The notes under the pieces were generated by a model. It searched no databases, was not told the DNA's origin, and saw only the letters and a list, made by a program, of their open reading frames with translations. The position numbers and the translations under genes are program-made. Of a DNA stretch of 64,000 nt, positions 39,101-64,000 are shown in pieces; positions within the stretch are counted from its first letter, which is position 1; each line of letters begins with the position of its first letter. This stretch comes from Lingula anatina. Lineage: Eukaryota; Animalia; Brachiopoda. The stretch spans positions 50,322,788-50,386,787 of the forward strand of contig CM120640.1 of the NCBI GenBank assembly GCA_051362555.1, written 5' to 3'.

Positions 39101-41251
39101 TCCAGTAAATACTGTCCTTGGAGAAAATGACAAAACTACTGTTCACATTGTCAATGACAAAAATGGTATGTAAAATAGCTAACTAACTTGATACTTCCAG
39201 GTATATAGCGCAGTGATACATTTTTATCAGAACTCATTCATTTTACCATCTGGTCTTCGTAATATCTTGAACTGCTGTATAATGTTATGAATGTTGTTTC
39301 TATTATTCGATGCAAAATGTAGAAAATAATTTAGTTCCACTTTAGATACTATATCCAAACTTTTGTGCTTTTGCAGGTGGTTGTCCCCTGCAGTTTGGTC
39401 TGATCAGCCGTGACCAACCCTACCAGGCCCCAGGCCAGCAGGTCCAGCCCTGGGCTAGGGTAAAGCAGGGCTCACAGATTTCCTATGTGGTGTGTAGCAC
39501 AAGTTTTGATAAGAGTTAAAGCAGATATGCTTTCTGCATAAAAAAGCATAAGACTTAAATTAGTAATCCGGTCATTGAATTTAGTTTTCCTGTATCTGAG
39601 CGCCTACATGTATCATCACAGAGTTGATAAATGATGTATTGTATTGTTTTCATGTTACAGTACCATGCTGTAGTGCCTGTGAACCCTCAGCCCACTTTAC
39701 CAGCAGGTGTGCTCAATGAGGAACAGGTGGCACCAGTCACATATCAGAAAAGATATAAGGCTGGTGGAAGTAACAGGAGAAGAAAACACAAAAGACTAGA
39801 AAATAACAGGAGGCAAGAGGTTGAGGTTTGTATTTAATATTAACAACAAAGAATTTACAGCACATTAACTGACAGAAATAATAAGAGAAATGAATGGAAA
39901 GTATTAGAAGTGATAGGAGGTTTAAAATAGAGTCAGTATGAAATGATGAATTTCATATTTTGGTAACAATGACATTATTATTTAATTGGCATTCCAACTA
40001 TGAATTGTACTTTGAGATGATAAGCTGAAACAAGACATTTGTGTTTTACCTCTTAAGTCCACACAGGAGTGCAACCTTGTTACCAAAGGTTTGTTGCGAT
40101 ATGACAGTGCCTCAGACAAGCTCTTCCAGTGTAATGGCATACAGTGGGTCAGATATGGCTTACATCAGCTATCCAAAGTTAGACGACACAAGGGAAAGAA
40201 AAGGGATCACATTTGCCCTAAAGGTGACTATTAGAGTTTTGCACAGAAGTCAATCACTTTTATGTTTTTAGAATTCATTTGGGAAAAAAGCTGACTTATT
40301 TGAATTTGCAGAGATTAAATTCGAATCCTGGTGTTATTTAAACAATAATTTAATATTACCTGCATTCCAACAAAAGACAAAAATTGTAAGATAATTTACA
40401 TTTTTATACAGTTATTGCAGTTTTAAATGCTGTAAATATGGTGAAATCAAAACATGTGATGCAAATGAATTACAAAATATTTCCATACAAAAAAAGCACT
40501 TCCAATGACTTTTATATTTTTTAATCGATGTCTATTTACTTGCCAGGTTGGTCTAAATACAGAGGTCAGTGTTTCAAGTATTTTGAGCAAAGAGTCACAT
40601 GGAGTGAAGCACAGCGGTTCTGCAGGGAAGTTCACAAGGGCAACTTGGCCAGTATTCTGAATGGAGAACAACTTTCCTGGTTGATGCTGCTAGGAAACAG
40701 ACGTGCATTCTGGATAGGTAATGAATGTTTTGCTGAATTTCTTTTTCTGATGCACTTTGTTAATTTCAGCTGGGTAACAAGTGATTGAATTTTTATCACA
40801 GTTTTATATTTTCCTATTTTAATTTCTTCAAAATATTTTGTCTCACTCCCTTTTGGTCCTTACTTTACTGTGCTTATTGTATACAGTGATGGTTATAATT
40901 AAAATCATATTTGGAAAATAAGTTATCAAAACTTACTTTGACATGCTGATTTCTTTAGGCAGGCATCTTACAGATTTATAAGCTGTATGAAAAAAACTTT
41001 TGATTGCTAATTGAATTCAACCTACTGCAGGTCTGAATGACAAGAGACAGGAAGGACTGTGGGAGTATATAGGAGGGGAGCCATACACATATCGCCACTG
41101 GAAACAAGGATTCCCTGTGGATTCAAGTAAACGGGGACACTGTGCACTTGTCTCAAACAGAAGCAAGTGGATCAATATGCAATGTGAACAAGTGAGAGAA
41201 CAATTCATATGTGCCAAAAACCCAACTTTGCCAGATATAGATATCTCATAA
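27153..41251 (+). CDS. FREM1: FRAS1-related extracellular matrix protein 1-like (signal peptide, N-terminal domain, CSPG repeats, one Calx-beta, C-type lectin); 10 coding exons, about 2062 aa
   Basis: Exons 27153-27374, 33000-35224, 35536-38127, 38409-38611, 39016-39165, 39377-39459, 39661-39825, 40067-40223, 40547-40717, 41031-41251 (TAA); phases join. Features include the signal peptide MATVGLVIYLCVTVAA, repeated CSPG motifs (FTQ..L..G.I.Y.H, D.F.F...D, I.P.DD.PP), a Calx-beta domain (VCEDVGTL…IKDDGLEESNEKFKVIL) and a CTL domain (CFKYF…TWSEAQRFC…FWIGLND…W…C). One Calx-beta plus a CTL is the FREM1 architecture. Confidence 0.92.
28250..28446. mobile_element. Decayed Harbinger-like MITE (197 bp) nested in a HINE monomer
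   Basis: Interrupts the monomer sequence caatcTTActgt, with TTA duplicated (28247-28249 and 28447-28449). Imperfect TIRs of about 31 bp both contain AGATCGATCT. Confidence 0.75.
28984..29125. repeat. About 2.5 x 56-57 bp degenerate AT-rich tandem repeat
   Basis: atct(a/g)ttt(c/t)aag(t/c)ataata at 28984, 29041 and 29097. Confidence 0.7.
29473..29810. mobile_element. Kolobok-like MITE (338 bp) with a central perfect palindrome, nested in the cargo of HINE copy 3
   Basis: 19-bp TIRs AGG(G/T)ATAATAACTCTTCGT (1 mismatch), flanked by TTAA (29469-29472) and TCAA (29811-29814). AGG termini with a TTAA site fit Kolobok. Palindrome TGTTAAAATCTCTTAAGAGATTTTAACA at 29641-29668. Confidence 0.6.
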
Positions 41252-41443
41252 AATGAACTTTTAGGTGTGAATCCATTTACTAGAGGTACTAAACCTATTT
41301 TTGTAAAGTATGTGTGAATATGAATGACTCTGTAGTCATAACAGCATGCAACTATGATATCATTATTTGTCTTACCAAGACAAAGAAGAGGGAAATTGAT
41401 TAGCATGATTAAAATGAGGCTTGAAGGTAGAAGATTCAAAGTG

Positions 41444-41505
41444 GTAGGTGGCTTGTACGTGGAAGATACAATGCAGTAGGTGGTTTGTAGGTGGAAGATA
41501 CAATG
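41444..41505. repeat. 2 x 32-bp tandem duplication in the FREM1 3' UTR
   Basis: gtaggtgg(c/t)ttgta(c/g)gtggaagatacaatg at 41444 and 41476. Confidence 0.8.
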
Positions 41506-44039
41506 AATCAGTACTTAAAGGAGCAATTCATGGGATTTTTAAAAAAAATTTATCTTTTTAGATAATGTGTGATCATATTTGAAAGGGATGCACCAATCTC
41601 TTTGAATAATCAAATTACTATCCCTCCTCAAAAATGACAATTTTCTGTTAAGTGAAAATGTGTTGAACACTTCTTACAGTTCACACAACTTAAGCCATGT
41701 GGTCATAATGACACATATTTTTAGATTAATTGATCTTGTTTTCAAAGTATTAGGAACTCAGTATTGTAATTGCTAACAGATTGTCAACTATGCCAGGAAA
41801 ATTCTTTCTTCTTTTTGTACTATTTTGTGCTAAAATTCTATGAGCAGCCACTCTGAAATCACAATTTAATTAAATCAAAGTTGTAAAGAACAAATTCACT
41901 CTCTTCCATTTAATGTGCCATATTTATTGGAACAAGAAAAGAACATTTTTTTTCTAAAAAAAGGTTTAGTAACCTTTTATATAAGGCATATTTATATTAA
42001 AAAATTACCACAGTAAATACATATCAACTGACAGCATTGTACACGTAGATATTTCTTATGGCAGTGAATTGGCTGACAATTAAGAGGTCTTAGTTGTTTT
42101 GATATTGTAAACTTTATAATTTAAGCATAATACACAGTCTGGACAAACAAAACTGTATGATACATACCTACTAATATCAGATTCCTATTATAACTTCTTT
42201 TAACATGATCTAAGGTTAACTTTGTTCTGGATAATAAAAGCAGATAACCATTTCTGCTGTACTGAATTTAAGAGAATGTTATCTGGTGTTCACATATTTC
42301 TCTATAACCAGGTCTCACTTTAAGACAGAAAGCTGCAGTGTAAAATACATGCAAATATTTTTTTCACAATCTCTTCTGCACACAGTCCTACTTAACCAGT
42401 ATCTGTTAGATGATTTATGCTCTCTTGCTTATCAAATGATATGTCATTACATATTAAAAACATTTTATTCTAAAAAACCCTACATATCAAACCAAAGCAG
42501 TACACCCTCTTCCAAGACCTAAACTGTTAAAGGATATGCTTCAAACAAAAATATAAATACGTACAGTTGGAGTAATTTAGGGATAATGTCATGAACAGGA
42601 ACTCAGCAATGGCTTGTTAATATTGGAGTTTTATGAAAAGTGTATAAAGTGAAATAAAAGCAACTGAATGTGACAAAACACAGGAGTATCACTTTCTTAC
42701 TACAGTCTACATTGACAGAATATACAGTATTTCTACAAAAGACAAAAAAGTGGATTTTGTCTTTACATTTATAAGTTAAAAAATGCAACTGCTTCTCTCA
42801 ATTATATTGAGAAAAATACATTGATACAAAACACACAGAATTCAATTAAACAGTATAAATGCAATCTTGGTTTAAGTAACCAAATAACTGGTTCAATATA
42901 ACAACTATAATTATCAAGTTAATACAATTTCACAATGATACTTGATCATCCATATGGTAATAAACAAGCAGAGTAATGCAAATGTTTTAGTAGATACTTA
43001 ACACATTAAAACACTAAATTTCATGAATGGTCTCTACATCTTTATTCCAACCTAACATCACAGTTCATAATACTGCTTTAAAAACTAAATAATCATTGGT
43101 CCATTGAAGGTATAATTTTGATTTCAAACAAGTTTCTCAAAGTTAATAAGTTTCATTTATGTTTAACCTCCATTTCCAATTTGTAAAACAACCATCAGTC
43201 TGCTACCTTGCTTATGATAAGTATTTATAATAAAAACTTAATTCTTTTTCCATGGCTAACCTTAATATGTATCACTGAGGTCTTCTTCAGCCTTGGAACT
43301 AAATGCTTTGTAAGTTTGTCTGAGGTAGCACAGTTTTCGGCAGTGACTGGCTGTTTGCATTGAGTTCTGCTACTTCAAAAATCTATCCAGTTCAGATCCA
43401 GAGGTGTTTTCAAAGGGGTGCCCCCCTAAGAGGACTTTTCCTTTTGAATCTTGACTTACTTATAGCCATGAAATGATTGCCTCGGCTATCTCCCACCCCC
43501 CTCTCACACTCCCTGACCCCACATTCAACACTGGTAGTGTCACACCAGATTTATCTAGCTGTCTTAGTGACAATTTGGTTACAATATCAGAACAAGATTT
43601 TATGACAATCCTGCATGGTTACAGTTGTGCAAAATGGTTGTTCACTAAGCCTAAATACTATAATTTTCTTATTTTGGTGATGCTCCCGATCAAATGTCAT
43701 TAGCACATAATGCATTTTGAAAATGATTTGCATCAGACTGAAATAAAATTGAAGACATTTTCCATTTGTAAGAAAAGACTGAATATTAATTTTAATAGCT
43801 AAGAAGCTATTGTCCTTTCCTGGTGAATGATGCTTGTCAGCTGTTTCACTGATGCCCAAAAAAACATACCTCAGTCATTTTGAGGTTTTCTTGCAGAACA
43901 GAGAGCTGAGTTGATGTGGTTGTGTGGAGCAGCTCCTGTCCTGCAGGAAGTCAGGCTTGTCTTGGTTTTCTGGTCAAGGGTTAGAAACCAGCCTTGAAGC
44001 ATGATGGTCATGTCTTGGGCTCCATGTGGGAGATACGGG

Positions 44040-62363
<18,324 letters not shown>

Positions 62364-64000
62364 CTGAAAAATAACAAACCTTTGATGTATAAGGCATAGA
62401 AGTAAATTTTTAATGTAGATTTTATTGATAGCCATTATATCATTTAAATGTGCCATATGGTTACTGCATATCACTTTAGATAAATGGAGTTATATGTCAA
62501 AATTTAGTGGGTTTGATTTTTTAAGAAATCAGATGAATGTGTTTGGTTACCATGGCAATGACAAGTCTGATGCACACGTGTCAGAAATACTCATAATATT
62601 GCCAGTAACTTTTAAAGATTTTAAATGCCTCTTTAAAACATTTAACAAAATTTTCCAAAATAATTAATTGTCTGTATGATTGTTTGTAAATGTTTTACAT
62701 TTGCTTCTCTGACATTACAACCCAATCGAACAAAGTACTGAAAAAATACTAAAAAGATTCAATAACTGCCCGAAATAAAACCATGCTTTTATGCAATCAC
62801 TCTTTTCTGTTCTAGAAATATAGGCTTGAATCTGTATTATTGCTGATCAAGGCATAGTTCACCCTTTACTCTGCAACTTGTTTCAAAGTCATTTGTCATA
62901 AAGTACATGAAGTTTGATACACTTCATTTCGTATCACTCACTGTTTTTATGTCTGCCCTTACTATTTGCCAAGTGAACCCCATATGGTAAAAAATGAAGT
63001 TTCAGCCAACTGGCAGAAAACAGGCTTCTGGTTTTAAGTGTTTGATTTGATATCATTACTATTACCAGATTAAGAACATTCAGCAGTTGTGCAATCAATT
63101 TTGAGTGCTAAACTGACAGATTTACTTGGCCCTTTTCCTCTTTTCTTTTCTTATTTTATTTTGTCTTTTTTTCACAATGAATTATGTTACTCCTTTATTT
63201 CTGCTTGTCTTCATGACTCTTTTTAAATTTATTCAAAGATATTTTATTTCAGGTTTTCCTGCTATTTCACCTTAGATATAGTATTTTCCTACATCTTCAA
63301 TATAATAGTACAATACATAACATTTGGAGCATGAAAGTTGTAACCATGACCATAAGCATGCATGCAAAATTATATGGATATGAACTCGATGACAATGACT
63401 ATGAAAAAGGGCAATTGCTGTCTAATTACATGCCTATTAGAAGATTGACTTGGCATGTCTAACTTGTGGTTCATTTTCAGAATGGATTTTTGATATAAGT
63501 CACATTCACATTTTGAGCACATTTAAGTGACTTTCACTCATTGATTCCCATGTCTCATATGTACCTAATATAACCATCTTGTGCCTGCATAAGTTGAACA
63601 ACCCATCAGCAGAGAGAACACTACTTTTCAAAAACAGTTATGCCTAAATGTTATATTTAAATAATACATCTGAAAAGTACTCTCAGTTTATTCAGCCTAG
63701 TGAAACAATAATCAAAGTCACCTGACAGGCTGAAACTGAGTCTAGATCCAAAGAAAAGTACAGTAATAGCAGACACAACAGCAAACTTAGTCTGGTTGCT
63801 CTGGCATTTATATCTTTAATTGTTGGAATTTTCCTGCATCCTTCTAAAGAAAATACAAAACAAACTGCATTTCCTGCCAAGAACATGAGCAAATAGGAAA
63901 CCAGCAGGGTAAATGGCCAAAGTAAGCTTGGATCAAGAGGAAAACCTTGTTACAAGGTATTACCAACAGGTATATGGGGAAATCACCAGCACCATCAAAT

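Noticed and set aside
41515-41545. TTAA-AGG Kolobok-like left end
   Set aside because: No partner inverted end was found nearby.

Overview
AT-rich, intron-rich eukaryotic (invertebrate, probably molluscan/lophotrochozoan) genomic DNA with four spliced protein-coding genes. I assembled each by hand from GT-AG junctions with consistent codon phase. (1) NF-YC on the minus strand (CDS 5381->2069, about 331 aa) lies head-to-head with (2) a CC2D1/lethal(2) giant discs orthologue (+, 6804-22708, 28 coding exons, about 961 aa). (3) A FREM1/QBRICK-like ECM gene (+, 27153-41251, about 2062 aa, two giant exons) is convergent with (4) an ADAMTS6/10-like metalloprotease (-, 62363->44040; 5' exons lie beyond the window). 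About 11 kb of intron consists of four copies of one non-autonomous Helentron/Helitron2-type (HINE-like) family, with sub-terminal inverted repeats, terminal hairpins and internal 146-bp tandem arrays; two copies carry nested MITEs (Harbinger-like, Kolobok-like, IS3EU-like). The most notable candidates are an unannotated alternative last exon of CC2D1 ending in a polybasic CaaX prenylation signal (…RKSKMCLLA*) and the architecture of the HINE family. That family has a nucleosome-length monomer dense in nuclear-receptor half-sites, a gap-free ancestral monomer in its 5' body, and a head-to-tail restart junction. No CRISPR, rRNA or tRNA was recognised.
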